Shown here piece after piece: positions 41,977-57,065 of a stretch of DNA of 64,000 bases. The DNA is from Octopus vulgaris (lineage: Eukaryota): the NCBI GenBank assembly GCA_951406725.2, contig OX597825.1, positions 7,688,001 through 7,752,000 of the forward strand, read 5' to 3'. The notes under the pieces are model-generated. The model searched no databases. It was not told where the DNA came from and saw only the letters and a program-made list of their open reading frames with translations. Position 1 is the stretch's first letter. Every line of letters begins with the position of its first letter. The position numbers were made by a program, and so were the translations under genes.

Positions 41977-42860
41977 CGCGCGCGTGTGTGTGTGTGTACG
42001 TATGTGAAGATTTGCTCGTATATAAGCATGTAGTTATATATCGGTATAATTGTGGGTTTGCATACTATAATCCCACCTTAACCCCAGTTACTTTCCGTCT
42101 AATCCACACTCCTCTAATCAGTAATAGTAGCTGTATACCTTGAATCGATACCTTGAAGTATTGATCCGATCCATCAACTTTCTAAAACTCCATTCACAAT
42201 ATCTGAGGTGTTGTCCCTATCCACCATCGCATCCAACTCTGTCTACCCTGCTACTTTAATCCGTCTTAGTAGCTATATAAGTAACATATAAGTAATTATG
42301 AGAAACAATATATCAGATTGCCTTCCTCTTCAACTTTTTGACTCTTCTTCATCTCACCTCCTTCGCTTATCATTTTCTCACAACATCTACTTTCTTAGCC
42401 ATCGTTCTTCATCTCACCTCACTTTCTTAGCCATCGTTCCCCTTTACAAATCAACACTTTCATTTCAGAGATTTTCTCTCACTTCATTTTCACACGAAGA
42501 ACAAATATTTTATTTTGCACTCATCGGGACAAAATTTCCTATTCTTCTTAATTTTATATTTGCTCATGTTACCAACAAAGACCCACATCAGTTTCCAATT
42601 TAAAAACGAATCAATAGGCAATTAGAAAAGTATTATTGTAAGAAGTAAAAATGTGCGTAAAATATTTAAATTCTTCAAAAGTTAACATGTTAAAGAAAGA
42701 CTGTATTGGTGATCCTAACAATTCATTATTATTAAAATTAAACTAAATTTTGATTTCGGTGACGTTGGAGATTAGGATAGCACATTAAGATAGCAATTAA
42801 TTAGCGAATGTTTTGTTCCTTAACGTATTTGCATTATTATTAAATACATATTGAAATAAA

Positions 42861-43075
42861 GGCGGCGAGCTGATAGAATCGTTAGCATTCCGGGCAAAAT
42901 ACTCCGCAGCATTCCGTCTGTCTTTACATTTTGAGTTCAAATTCAAGCAGGGTCGATTTTACCTTTCATCCTTTCGGGCGTCGATAAATTATGCACCAGC
43001 TAAACACTGGGGTCGATGTAGTGGACTTATCCACTTACCCGAAATTATTGGCCTTGTGTCAAAATTTGAAACTAA
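42861..43075 (+). mobile_element. SINE family A (tail type 1) with 13-bp TSD
   Basis: ATATTGAAATAAA at 42848-42860 and 43079-43091. Confidence 0.9.
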
Positions 43076-43102
43076 TATATATTGAAATAAAATACTATTG
43101 GC

Positions 43103-43265
43103 AGGCAAAGACGTGGCTGTGCGGTAAGAAGTTTGCTTCTTAATCACGTTGTTCAGGGTTCAGTATCACTACGTGACACCTTGGGCAAATGTCTCCTACT
43201 ATAGCCTCGGGACCACCGAATCTTTGAAAGCAGATTTGGTAGAGTGAAACTGAATGAAACCTGCC

Positions 43266-43337
<72 letters not shown>

Positions 43338-43570
43338 ATGTGTGTATGTGTGTGTGTGCGTGTGTCTTTATGTTTGTCGCTCACCACTGCTTGATAACCG
43401 GTGTTGGTGTCTTTACGTTCCTGTACCTTAGCGTTTCGGTAAAAAAACGACCGCTGCGATAAGTAGCAGATTTAAAATAATAAGCACAGGTGTCGAGTTC
43501 TTCGGCTAAAACTCTTCAAGGCAGTGCCCCAGCATGGCCGCAATCCTACGCCTGAAACAAGTAAAAAGAT
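43103..43570 (+). mobile_element. SINE family C, full length, with internal (TA)n(TG)n
   Basis: Head cgtggctgtgcggtaagaag..gggttcag, centre accttgggcaa, tail gaaacaagtaaaa. Confidence 0.85.
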
Positions 43571-45042
43571 ATAAATATATGATAAATATCATGACCATTG
43601 CGTTGTGAAATACATTAAGAATTTCCTCCTCCATGTTGTCTCCAACATCCATGTTGTGTCCAACGCCACCACCAGCTCAATCAAAAAGTATTGAGTACAT
43701 TTTATTTCATGTCAATCATTGAAACACTTAAATTGGTTCATTCGAAGAATTGTTCGAGCGCTTCTTACAATAATTTCCGCGAGGATGTTGGAGTTGCAAT
43801 CAATGAGCATACTGCTTGTTGAGAATTTAAATACATTCTTATTACTCTACGTGAACAATATTTATTTATATCATTGATTCGTTGTTCTTAAATTGAAAAT
43901 ATAAGCTTTATTTCTTTTTACGATATAAAACTACTCTGTTTTAATATCGAGTGACTTCCTTTTCTCTGTATAAATTAGTATAAAATTTAATTTGAAACTC
44001 ACTATACGACGGATATAAGATACCGACACTGAAGCATCAATGCTAATATTTAATGGAAATAAATGTAATCGATAAAGAAATATTTATGGAATGAAAGTAT
44101 TTCATTATCAATTTAATCTCCTCATATCCAAGAGAGGCAACAATTTCCAAGTGATGTTATTTTACTGCCGAATTGGGAATTTTTTGTATAGAGATCTGAA
44201 AGGTAAAATTTCAGTATAACCCAACGAGCCACTTAGAATTTTTGGCAGCTCACCAATGTCTACAGGTATTTATAGATCCTTGTAATTATAGAATGTGAAA
44301 TTGTGAACAGACACGTAAAGTTGCTTACAGAGAATGCGGGAAATTTTCTGAATTGGATCTTCCTCAAAAACAGAGCTAGTTTATGAATATTACATTCACA
44401 CACTGACACGAGCTTTATGGACTTTTTGAGGGTCTTCTATATGAACAAATATTTTTCCAGTATTCTTGGGGGAGAGATGAAATATTTACGGTAAACTAAA
44501 ACGATGAAAGGTCGTGGAAAGGTCACATGGCTTATTCGTGATGATACCCTGCTTCATCTCCGAGACTTCCCTTTATATCTTGTTTTTAAAATCCTATGGT
44601 ATCACCGGAGGGAGGACTTCTAAACCAAGAGATAGTATTTAAGGCGTAGTTTTAGAATTTAATATACTACAGGGAGAATATTCAGCGTTTAAGTGATGAG
44701 GATGCTGCCCAGAAGGTGGGATTTTGGAAAAAGAAACGCTACGGAATTAGAATTGATATATTCGGTTCTTTCGCTTGTAAACAAAACCGCGCGCGCACAC
44801 ATATACACATACACACACACATATGTAAACAGTATATATATGTGTGTGCTTATATGCATATATATATATATGTGTATATCAATATATCTACCTATTTATG
44901 CATATATATATATGTATATCAATATATCTACCTATTTATGCATATATATATATGTATGTATATCTATATATATATATATATATATACATACATAAATACA
45001 TACATACATATATACATATACATATATATATATGCATGTATG

Positions 45043-45088
<46 letters not shown>

Positions 45089-45124
45089 CATACATGCATA
45101 CACACACATACATAAAGGCACACA

Positions 45125-45900
45125 CAAAAGTCGGCTGAAAATGTCTTAGGCTAAGCAACATCTTCTAATGGAATGTGACTAAATAAAGTTCATTTTTCCA
45201 ACACAGACTTCTTGTCCATGGGTGTTTCAATGCTTGCATTCCATTGGTGAAGAGGCTTTCATTCTGCTGGTCAAAAGATTCATCTACAGCAGATATGACG
45301 TCGTCATCACTGCGATACTGGTTCCCAGCCAAATGTTTTTTTCATGTTGGCAAAGAGTTGATAGTCAGATGGGGCGAAATCAAGAGAATAGGGAGGGTGA
45401 TTAACCAGTTCAAAGCTACAGTCACGCACAACCAAGGACTTGCGTGCTGGAGCATTTTCCTGCAGAAACATGTTCCCTTTCGTCAGTTTTTCTGGGCGTT
45501 TGTCCTTGATAGCCTTTTGTAACTGCTTCAGAATGTTGGCACAGTACACTCTATTGATGGTGTGGCAGTTTTGGAAGATAGTCAATAAGCACAATGCCTT
45601 TTGCATCTTTAAAAACCGAAGCCATCACCGCTTCAGACGCAACGGCCTTGGCCTTCTTTGGAGCGGCTGATGACGGGTGTTTCCATCGCATGAATTGTCT
45701 CTTTATTTCGGGCTCAAGATGTTGAAGTCATCATTCATCCTGAGTTAGAAAACTTTCAAGAAAGCCAGCTGAATCTGCTTCAAACAATGTGAACAGTCAG
45801 ATGTCAGTTTATTGGGAAAGAAACAAATCAGTTATTAATGAGAAATGTTGAAATTAATGCATGCAAAATTTCGCAGCTCTAGCATTATCCTTCATAGTCA
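45125..45900 (-). mobile_element. Decayed mariner (DD34D-type) transposase remnant
   Basis: EPEIKRQFMRWKHPSSAAPKKAK..VMASVFKDAKGIVLIDYL, then FLQENAPAR..HPPYSLDFAPSDYQLF; frameshifts; one TIR-like end near 45125. Confidence 0.85.
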
Positions 45901-45924
45901 ATATATATATGTATATGTATATAT

Positions 45925-46165
45925 GAAGGCGCGTGGCTTAATGGGTAGGGTGTCAGCATCATGATCGTAAGATTGTGGTTTCGATTTCTGGACCGGGCGA
46001 CGCGTTGTGTTCTTGAGCAAAACACTTCATTTCACGTTGCTCCAGTTCACTCAGCTGGCAAAAATGAGTAACGCTGCGACGGACTAGCGTCCCGTCCAGC
46101 AGGGGAACAAATACGCCATTGAAACCGGGCCCATGAGCCTGGCTAGGCTTTCAAAAAGCGCATTT
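45925..46165 (+). mobile_element. SINE family B head and centre with tail Z
   Basis: ggcgcgtggcttaatgg..gttgtgttcttgagcaaaacacttcatttcacgttgctccag, then ctgcgacggactagcgtcccgtccag. Confidence 0.8.
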
Positions 46166-46191
46166 AATTTTGTATTATATATATATATAAT

Positions 46192-46265
<74 letters not shown>

Positions 46266-46538
46266 AGAAAATACTTTTTTTTAGAATAATGGTTCCCCCA
46301 AAACATCACGTAGAACTATAAAAAATACCATTTAAATACTGGGTTGGAAAAACTTCTGGCATAAAGGCTGCATGTGGATCCGTGTCCCACAGATAACCTT
46401 CAACTTTTTCCATCCAAAACCTTTTTTCCACGCAATATTTCCATGATATCGTTTATAACTGTATATGATGTACCTCGATAACCATTATTTCATAAAAGCC
46501 TTGATTTCACATTCTCTAATTCTCATTAGTCCAAGATT

Positions 46539-46605
<67 letters not shown>

Positions 46606-47026
46606 AATATATGCGTATGTATGTATATGTATGGTGTGTGACGCAGCGGTACAAAACAACAGATCGATAGAGACAAACAGTTAGATACATAGAGATAAAG
46701 AGAGAGAAAGGCAGGGGAAGAGAGCGACAATCGTTCTGACCTAATGAAACAGCAGATGTTGTTAAGTGAATCAAATAGAAGACTGTATCCAATGAAAGAA
46801 CAAAGAGAAGAATAATGATGATATAAACAAAGATAGATTCTTCTTGCTAATGAATTGTTGGTTCAGTTGATGAGCGGTTTGGCGGATTTGTCAATGGAAC
46901 GTTAATAGAATGGAGTTGAAAGACGAAATGAAATTAAAAGACCAAAACCAACCGAAAGAATAGAATTCGTTCATTGAAATGTGTCAGCGTTTTGCAGAAG
47001 CATTAATAAGACTGCGAAAGAATGCT

Positions 47027-47063
<37 letters not shown>

Positions 47064-49551
47064 TTATCCAGTGTTTAAAATCTGGGTTTTGTCCCCGTTT
47101 ACGGGGTTGGCTGGATCTACCTGAATGCCATAGCAACCGAGGTAGGCAGATGCAGCCCACCCCAACCTTTGGGCTGGTTGGCTGGTGTCCATTCTCTTTT
47201 GCTATCATGAGGCATTTTGGGAGCTGGATTTTCTACGCGGAGCATGCCCGTGCTTACCCCCAACCTCAGTTTCTAGACATGAGTGGCCCCGAGAGCAAGA
47301 CCTCTATAATGATTTTTAAGAAATGTCGTGGAAAACTAACTCGGGAAGGCAGGGACGCTATTAATCTCATCCACGGATATTGGCTGTCAAGCAAATTTGC
47401 AAACTGGAGATCTTTTGTGCTACAAATATCCACTAATATCCTAAGAGTTTTAATAATGCCAACTATCAAGAAAAATGGAGCTTGCGCATCATTTCACTAC
47501 TATAACTTACAACTGTTTCGTCATGTTTCAATATAATCAATCTCACAATATTATGTGATAAACGCCGGTATTTCGAAAATACCCCTGCGGTTGACGACCG
47601 TGACCTTCATAGTTACGGGCTGCCCTTTGGCAGCGGATTGTGAAGAGGTAGCTTAAGGGTTGAAGTGAGCCAGCGGTGTCTCTAAGGTCTATCAAGAACG
47701 TAACTGCAATGTATCTGTAGAGGTGGCGTCCATAGTTGTTTTATTGGTTAATGAAAAATTCACTACGACTCAAATTCCTAATCAAAATTCCTGATAACAG
47801 AACTGGAAGGCGACAGAGAATCATGGGAATGAGCGAAAGCAGCGAAAAGATGCAATAAAACATGCAAACGTTGGTTACTTTTCGTGCACTATTATTCATG
47901 GTAACCTTAGCAACACACAATGAAGTGTCCTTTTCAGAAATGTGTTATTTAGGTTATACTGAATAGCTCACATATGAATGTGTTACTCTGAGGATTCCGT
48001 TTTCTGTGCAACGTAGCTACACCTCGGTGGGTCGCTGGTATGTACGTCGAATTGGATGGTCTGTGCTATTTGTTTCGCTTCTTTATTCTCCGAGTTCAAA
48101 CACCGCCATGGTTTATGAGGTTGACGGATTTAATCCACCGTTCGGTCTTCCACTACAAAATGACATTTCAGTTGGTATTAGCTTAATTTTCTCCTGCAAG
48201 CAATTAGGACATACTTCCAGTCTGATGATAACATAATAACCGCCTTCATTCCAACCGATCAGTCACTAAAGGTCTGTTCTCCTTCCTGGCTAAAATATAT
48301 TTGTGTATACAGACATGCATACATGCAAGGATACTTACATACATATCTACATATATACCTACCTACCTACCTACCTATCTACCTACCTAATACATACATA
48401 CATACATACATCTATGCATACATGCAAGTATACATACATACATACTGTTATGTCACACTTTCGGATGACCTCTACTCAACTCCTCCAGCTGTTACTCTGC
48501 TGTTCTAATCTACCTACAACTCCACGACGTCTAGACTTCTCCGTCTATATCTACGTGTTGGGCTAGTCTACTTCGTCGTCTGGGGGCGTTGACACAATAC
48601 GTACGTACATACATAATTACTACAGTCCTGTATGCATGCATACATACGTAAATGAATGTATGTATACTAGTAAAGAAAGAGGACAGAAAGAGAGATAGGT
48701 AGAGAGAGAGTGAGTGAGTGAGGTAGAGAGAGAGAGACAGAGAGAGAGCGCATTTTCAAATTTCAAGAACAAAAGCAAAATGAAAAATTCATGCAAGATT
48801 TAGGAGGTACTTCACAAACCATATTGTCTCTCTGTCCTTTTTAGTAAATACAGAGCAAAACAAACATGGGTGTGCAGGAATTTTGTATCTTTTTCTTTCT
48901 TCTATATGACGGGTAATAATTCAACGAATTACGTAAGGAAGTGTTGGATGTAAGACTGGCAGTTACCGAAATCCATAATGATGGCCATTATATCAAGCAT
49001 ATGCTGTCAAGTTAGCTATGTACACGGCTGAAGTCACCACAACAACACCAAACCTTGCGGCCAATGAGAAAATGTACATTGGTATATATGAAGGTGACTT
49101 CATAAGCAGATTTTATAAGCATGTGGCTTCATTTAGGTACGCTAACAAAAGAACTACTTCAAGTTAGTAACGCATATCGGGAATTTGAGGAAAAACATCC
49201 CTTCCAGCAGTTAATGGAAAAATCCTCTAGAGATCAAAGCCATATATGAATGGAACATAAAAATACCCCTTTGTGCTGAATGAATGAATACAGATCCTGC
49301 TTAAAATCGAAGAACAAAACTATTTAAACTGAAAAATTTTCATAAATTACGTTCATTAAAACTAGTAATTTTTATCCAACTGAAAAATGCCTCACCACAT
49401 CTATTTTCCACAATTTCTTATCATATGCTTATACGTTTGCCATCTTAACATCGATTTTTTTCTCTAAATTTCTTAAACCAGTTAACATAATTTACACAGA
49501 AGAATTAGATACTGGTTATGCCGAATCATATTCAATGTTTTGGTTCCCCAA

Positions 49552-50128
49552 AGCGGCCAACTGGCAGAAACGTTAGCATGCCGGGCGAAATGCTTAGCGG
49601 TACTTCGTCTGCCGCTACATTCTGAGTTCAAATTCCGCCGAGGTCGACTTTGCCTTTCATCCTTTCGGGGTCGATTAAATAAGTACCAGTTACGCACTGG
49701 GGTCGATGTAATCGACTTAATCTGTTTGTCTGTCCTTGTTTGTCCCCTCTGTGTGTAGCCCCTTGTGAGCAGTAAAGAAATAGGTATTGTTACCATGGTA
49801 TTTCGTCCGTCTCATGTTCTGAGTTCAAATTCCGCCGAGGTCGATCTTGCGTTCATCCTTTCGGGGTCGATAAAGGAAGTACTGGCTGAGTACTGGGGGT
49901 CGATGTAACTGACTTATTCCACTGCCCGTGACATTGGGCCATCGCAGGTTACAAGCTCAGTCATTTTGAGGGCGGGGAGCAACTCAGTTTCGTTTACCCC
50001 AGTACTTGAACGGTACTTTATTTGATAAACCCCGAAGGGATGCAAGTCGGCATTTGAATTCAGAACGTAAAAGAGCCGGAAGAAACGAGTGAGTATTTTG
50101 TCCGACGTGCTAACTATTTTTACTAGCC
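49552..50128. mobile_element. SINE family A cluster: 49552-49786 (+), 49797-49925 (+), 49948-50128 (-)
   Basis: Three core matches; the last is inverted. Confidence 0.85.
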
Positions 50129-51296
50129 TTAATATTTAATATACATTTATTGAATTCCTTTCCTTTTAAAAATAAATTAAATAGTTATAAAAAATACTTT
50201 AAATAGGTATAATATGGCTGACGATGCAAGCTGCCCAAGTTGCTTGTTATACATTATGTTAAGTTACTGCTCCTTTCATGAAAAATAGTTTATTCAATAA
50301 TGGCAGTTTATTTTCAAACAAGCTTGTTTTTCATTTTACAACCCTGTTCATGATATTAACCCTGGGAACAAAATTGACAATTTGTGAGGCAATTGACCAT
50401 AACTCAAAGTAACTGGGTATAACAGAGCATTTTATTCATCGCATGAAGTTTTTCTTTCCTTTTTTTTTTTTACCACCAACAGATTGTAATTAAATATTAA
50501 CAAAACTCAAATATATTCCGTGTTTCTCTTTTCCTTTGCTGAATCAACAAGCAAAAGAGCCGTTCGTTTTCTCTTTCTGTCCATGTATCATTCTCTCTTT
50601 CTTTCCACTTTTATATATATATGTACGTACATATGAATGAAATAGTTTAGATTCCCATCGAGCAAGATAGTACAGTTTTAATTAATGTAGGTGAGATATT
50701 TATCACTGTGATAGATTGTATAACCCGCTCGGATGATAGTCAAGCTAACACTTCATATCAATGTGAATAAGCAAACAGCTATGATGGTCCTAAGATGTGC
50801 AGCATATAAAGCAGATATGCAATATTCACTACAAGATATGCATGCATGCTTCTCTGTATATTATCTCAATAAGCATAGGGGAAATTATATTAAACATGCA
50901 TACCACGGATGTATATATTTCAGGATATTCACTTCTATTTTATTGGTATATATATTAATTTTCATTTGCACCTGCACTGCCAGTGAGTGCGTTCGAAATG
51001 TGTATACATGACGATCCGAATACATGTAAATAACGCATGTAACATGTAGCAAGTTATTAATTCATCTCTTCTTCTTCTCCTTATCTTCCCCTTTCGCTTC
51101 CCAAACTTTACCGAATTCTAAAGTATTAAGATGGCTCACCAAATTTTGTTTTTCTTTCACGTTCACATCTCTCCCCATTTGATAATTTGATTATGTACCT
51201 GATCGATGATCACAATCATATTACACACTTCCTCTTTTATGATATCTTAATCATATTTATGCGCTACATACACACAAACATATTACGTTTATTTTG

Positions 51297-51329
<33 letters not shown>

Positions 51330-51477
51330 ATATATATATATATGTATGTATGTATATGTGTGTGTGTGTGTGTATACGCGTTTACACACACGTAGAAACA
51401 AGTAGTATCAAACAGTTATATGTTTCAACTCATTTTATCGAAAGGCCTTTGAAAATTGCTTTGAAATACTACTAACT

Positions 51478-51705
51478 TGGCGAGCTGGCAGAAACGTTAG
51501 CACGTCGGGCGAAATGCTTAGCGGTATTTCGTCTGCCGTTACGTTGTGAGTTCAAATTCCGCTGAGGTCGACTTTGCCTTTCATCCTTTCGGGGTCGATA
51601 AATTAAGTACCAATAACGCACTGGGGTCGATGTAATCGATTTAATCCCTTTGTCTGTCCTTGTTTGTCTCCTCTATGTTTAGCCCCTTGTGGGTAATAAA
51701 GAAAT
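51478..51705 (+). mobile_element. SINE family A (tail type 3)
   Basis: Near full length, followed by about 430 bp of (TTA)n. Confidence 0.9.
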
Positions 51706-51706
51706 A

Positions 51707-51765
<59 letters not shown>

Positions 51766-51777
51766 TTATTTTTATTA

Positions 51778-51859
<82 letters not shown>

Positions 51860-51918
51860 TTTTATGATTATTATTATTATTATTATTATCATCATTATTT
51901 TATTATTATTATTATTAA

Positions 51919-51955
<37 letters not shown>

Positions 51956-52132
51956 TTATTATTATTATTATTATTAATATTATTATTATTATTATTATTA
52001 CTTTTATTATTATTATTATTATTAATATTATTATTATTATTATTATTACTTTTATTATTATTATTATTAATATTATTATTATTATTACTTTTATTATTAT
52101 TATTATTATTAATATTATTATTATTATTATTA
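51707..52132 (+). repeat. (TTA)n microsatellite
   Basis: Seen directly. Confidence 0.95.
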
Positions 52133-53134
52133 CTTCATATCAAACATATCATGCATTCTACTTTCCAATCGAGTCTTTCTTGAATCCTTGTCTTCTCCAC
52201 TCTAACTCTTGATCTTAGTATAAATACATTCGTGTATACAGGCATATTTATCTGTCCATCTCTCTCTGCTTCTCTCTCTTACTCTCTATGTGTAACATAT
52301 GATTCCATAATAAAGATCTATGTAACATTATATTACTTAGTCTAACTGAAACACATAATGTCGATAATTCTACAGTTATCTATTTGAACGCCTTAATCTT
52401 GATGAATTAGATGATATATATGAAAATATCCGAGTGTCTATCATCAGTAAGATGCATATCTATTCGTCTGTCAACCAGAGCAAAATTTTACGCATACTTA
52501 TTAGGATATATAAAAGAGTATAAGAAAATTTGGATTCAGAGAATTATGCAGCTTACACAGTAAGCTCCACATTCGGAATCGGCTATCAGGTTACTTAATA
52601 ATTAATGATCATAAAGTATAAAGTAATATGTCTGTGTAACTGAAAATCCAGAAAATCCAAACAACACTTCAATCTGTCTAAGTTCAGGAAGCATAAAAGT
52701 ATAAGTTCTGGAAGTATAAGAGGTGAATAAAGATTTATTTTCCCCATATCACTTCCATTTGATTACAGCCGTTTCGCAACCTTCAACATTTATTAGTAAT
52801 TTCAGTATACTAAGTTATAGGTATATGTTTTCAGCGACAATTCAGTTAGTCGATATACCAATGATGTGCCGGTAATCTGGTGAATTAGCTTTCTTTGTTG
52901 GAATCAATGTGTAAATATCCAATCAAGTTGTATCATGCTAAAAAAGTCTATTGAGAAAACATACGCCTTTTCTTTTGTATACTAAACATAAATTGTATAC
53001 ATAACATACACACACACACCCATCCACCACATATGCATATATACATACCTTGATACATATATGCTTACATATAAATATGTATGTGCATGCTTTTGTTACT
53101 TTGTGTATGTTATATATATATATTATGATATGTA

Positions 53135-53262
53135 GAAAAATACAAACTGAGACAAGAACGCATAAAAACTTAGAAGACGATACAACAAACACAGACAGGA
53201 CATTCGAAGCCCTCAGTCTTCAGTCAAGAACCGGATCATCGTAGTAATTTCGGCTGATTAAT
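53135..53262 (-). repeat. Short dispersed repeat, same family as 4062-4152
   Basis: Direct sequence similarity; abuts (TA)n. Confidence 0.6.
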
Positions 53263-54673
53263 ATATATATATACACATATACGTCTGTGTAGCTTTCTCT
53301 TTATATAGCGATAAATGAATATTAGTAATCGTATTCCGTGAGTTAATCACTTTCTATAACATTCATGAGAGATGTGTTTGTCGTTAAATGAATTCTTGTG
53401 AAAATATGAATTTTCACCAAACAAGTCAATTCTCTGAAAGTGTATATATATGATATACTGCATATACGTTTGTGTCTTATTTATGGTGGTGTTAGAAGAA
53501 ATAGGTCATAATCGTATTTTGCGTTACTTCGAATCTGGTCAGATTAATACGTATTCTAATTCAATTTGAATATCTCTGGTGGAATCAGAAAGTGTGTTAA
53601 TTACTCGTGACCTTCGGTGTCACTGGGAGTTCAGTGAGATTAAGAAGTTGTATGCTTGAATATGTGAAGGTTTAAGTCAAAATTGGCGAACAACGTTGAC
53701 AGATAAGTCAAAGAGAGTGACTTCTATAGAAGGATAAAAATAGGAAAATAGCGTCTGAATAGCCGAGCAAAAGAGTGGTTCGAGATTGGAAGAAATGTAA
53801 GCAGCTGGTTGGTTTGAGTGGAACTATACAACTAGCGTTCTCCTATAGGTATAAGATCTGAACTTTGTTAGGAATGGGAGACGGCTGGTAGTTATTTTAG
53901 CAAAACCCAAAAGAAGGATGGGCAAAACCAACCCCAGCAGGATTTGAATTCGGAATGTAACGAGTCAGCATAAATACCGCAAAGAATTTTGATTAAGGAT
54001 TTTGTAGAAGGGTTTTGTTCAACGTACTAACAATTCAGCCATCGTCTGGCTGCCTTACGTAACCAGCTAAATTAACAAGTTTGTTTGGGCAAGCTACATA
54101 CTTTCAACTGTGTTTGACTTTACTGTAAAGAGTAAAAACCATAAGGTATCAGGATGTCGAGCTGCTAAGAGAACGAGCATAACGTCTAAGGAATTTCAAC
54201 CATGTTTCGTGGTCTGCTACCACAACAGCTCCTTTATAGGATCCAGTTAGCTCAAGGCATCGTCAGGTGGAACCACGTCCGGTTTCGGCCCCTATTCCTC
54301 TACCGTTTTGATGTGGTGCCTCCCCCCCCCTTTCTGCTGTGTCTTCAACTCTGGTGTTGGGTGCATGTCTTCTTTCTTCTTCTTTCTTCTGTTCTCTGGC
54401 CTCTTCGATGTATCGTCAACGAGTGTCAGCCGACGACGGACTAACTTGTCAAAATTTTTCCCCTGGATAACCACCCAGGCTCGCAGTAGGCTTCTGTGTA
54501 TACCTCTTTTAATTAAATGCGTAAATTAAATGCGTAAATCTTTTGCCGAATAAAAACATATTCCCTTCAAAAGTATCTCGACAAAACACTGAAGATGGAG
54601 TTGCTACGACTGAATCTGTACTGATCTCTGTATCTATGGATCTCTACGTTTATGTTTCAACTTCCGCAAAGAA

Positions 54674-54820
54674 TACATACGTACATACATACATACATAC
54701 ATACATACATACATACATACATACATACATACATACATACATACATACATACATACATACATACATACATACATACATACATACATACATACGTGTACAT
54801 ACATACGTACATACATACAT
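54674..54820 (+). repeat. (CATA)n microsatellite
   Basis: Seen directly; also at 17488-17562 and 20112-20232. Confidence 0.95.
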
Positions 54821-54983
54821 ATGTACATGTAACCTAACTATATAGACAGATATACCAACATATGTACACACACACATAAACATAAAATGTATACAGCTTT
54901 TACTCTCTACATGTATATAAAAATATATACACACATGTATACATACATATATCTATATATATATGAATATATGTATATACATA

Positions 54984-55035
<52 letters not shown>

Positions 55036-56219
55036 CACACGTATAATTGTATGCTTTGATGCAGTACACTCTGCCAGATATTCCGTCTCACTTTTCCTAG
55101 ATTAACCTCTCGTTTCTTTTCCCAAATTGTATTATAACTGTATTATTCACAGAGATATGCTACACTGTTATTCACATCAGTAATATATTATTACAAATAA
55201 TCACTAACTAAATATTGATATTTCAAAATTTCATTCTATAAACATACGTGCATATTTATATATATATAAATGTACATGTATATGTATGCGTATATGTATG
55301 CATATATGCACTGATGCACACACATATATAAATGGATATGACTATACATTTCTCTCAGTAGAACGATACAATTATATGGGTATACGTTATAAATACGTCT
55401 GTATTTCACATTTTGTATATCAAACCGTATCTGTAAGGAACTCTAGCTGTTTAGTAGAATATATTTATGGAACTGTATATGTATAGGACCCTAATACCAA
55501 TGGTACTATTCCTCTATAGTATTCTAGCTTTAAGGAATTCTCCGCGAATGGTATTCTATCTCAATGTAACTCTCCTTCCTCTATAGAACTCTCTCTGAAT
55601 GATATCCACAACACAATCATGAAATATGATCTTTTATATTTAATTAAAACTTTTTAAACCTGATTTAGCTTTAAAAATAATGTCTGTTGCATGAATATGC
55701 TTCTGATATTAAATGCTCACCATTGAATGTATTCGCATTCAACAAATGTCGTATTTACTAACTGAGATTAAATCTACATATATATATATGTAGAGTTTTA
55801 TTATGAGACATACGACTATAAAGATAGTGGAACATAGAATATATAAATAATAAATTCCAAGAAAATAGAAATAATACCGTAACACAATATGTCATTATAC
55901 TAAAAGAAATTATTCCTAACATTCTTAATAAATATAAGTTCACCAAATGATTTCACAAAGCAAATACTATCAACAAATTTCGTGTGTCTTTAACGTTTTC
56001 AAATTACATATTAACCTATATTTTCATATATATGTATCTCTACTCAGAGGTTAATCTTGTAACTATGCTATCTTTGAATTTCTTTATTAGTATATAATAC
56101 AAAGATAATAGTAATATTTTTGCATTATATTGAATTCTGTTGAATTAAAATATTGTTGAAGATGCCAATGAGGAATTAGATTTTTTTAAAATTTCTAATA
56201 GACTTCTGATTAACGTGCA

Positions 56220-56578
56220 AGTATTGATATTAAAACCTATACAAATGAACCTGAAATTTCACTATAGCTGCAAGAAAACTGTGTAATGGGAAGGCACAGA
56301 GGGAGCGGGGACTTGATAGTTGGATACTGGTACAAAGGCTGACATTTTACAGAAAACCATTAATATGTCTTGTCAAAAGGCTTATGTCAGATTGACATAA
56401 CAACGCAGCTTGCTAGAGCGCGGAAAAACTTGGGGCTACGAATGAAACCATCGTGTTGGCAGAAAACTATAGGTCCATTGCTTGTTTAAACATTATGTAC
56501 AAACTGTACATAAGCAGTTGCAACCAATTACCCTTGGATCATTGTAAGTCCAACAACAGTGTGTTGGATAAGCACACG
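56220..56578 (+). mobile_element. RLE-type (R4/Dong-like) reverse transcriptase fragment
   Basis: GDLIVGYWYK..LTFYRK and AENYRSIACLNIMYKLY..DHCKSNN (cf. NYRPIACL..YK). Confidence 0.7.
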
Positions 56579-56596
56579 CACACACACACACACAAT

Positions 56597-56815
56597 GTGA
56601 CCGCGTGTGTACCGTTGGCGATTTTTTTCCCTCTGTCTTCCCTTCTCTGGATCTTTCTTTTTCCTATGTTTCTGATGAAGAGCTCCAACGTAAAGCTCGA
56701 AACGTAATGCCCTCATTCTTCCCTTCCTTTCTGAGCGTCCAATAATACTATATTTGTTCCACGTCCTTGCGTTGTTGTGTTTTCTCTTGGTGTTTTCATG
56801 TTTGGATTAACTATA
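56597..56815 (+). mobile_element. Short Penelope-LTR-like repeat with hammerhead motif at 56668-56710
   Basis: GUUU CUGAUGA A GAGCU ccaacguaa AGCUC GAA ACGU A; same family as 6757-6942. Confidence 0.6.
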
Positions 56816-57022
56816 CTGGAGAGCACAGGGTGAAATCTGAAGGCAGATATATTGATATATACGTACATATGTTCATACGCGCATATATATAAATATATAT
56901 CTATACATGCATACATCTATAGAGACATATGTAAAGCTATACAGACATATATACATCTATACATACATACATATATACATCTATACATACATACATACAT
57001 ACATATATACATCTATACATAC

Positions 57023-57065
<43 letters not shown>

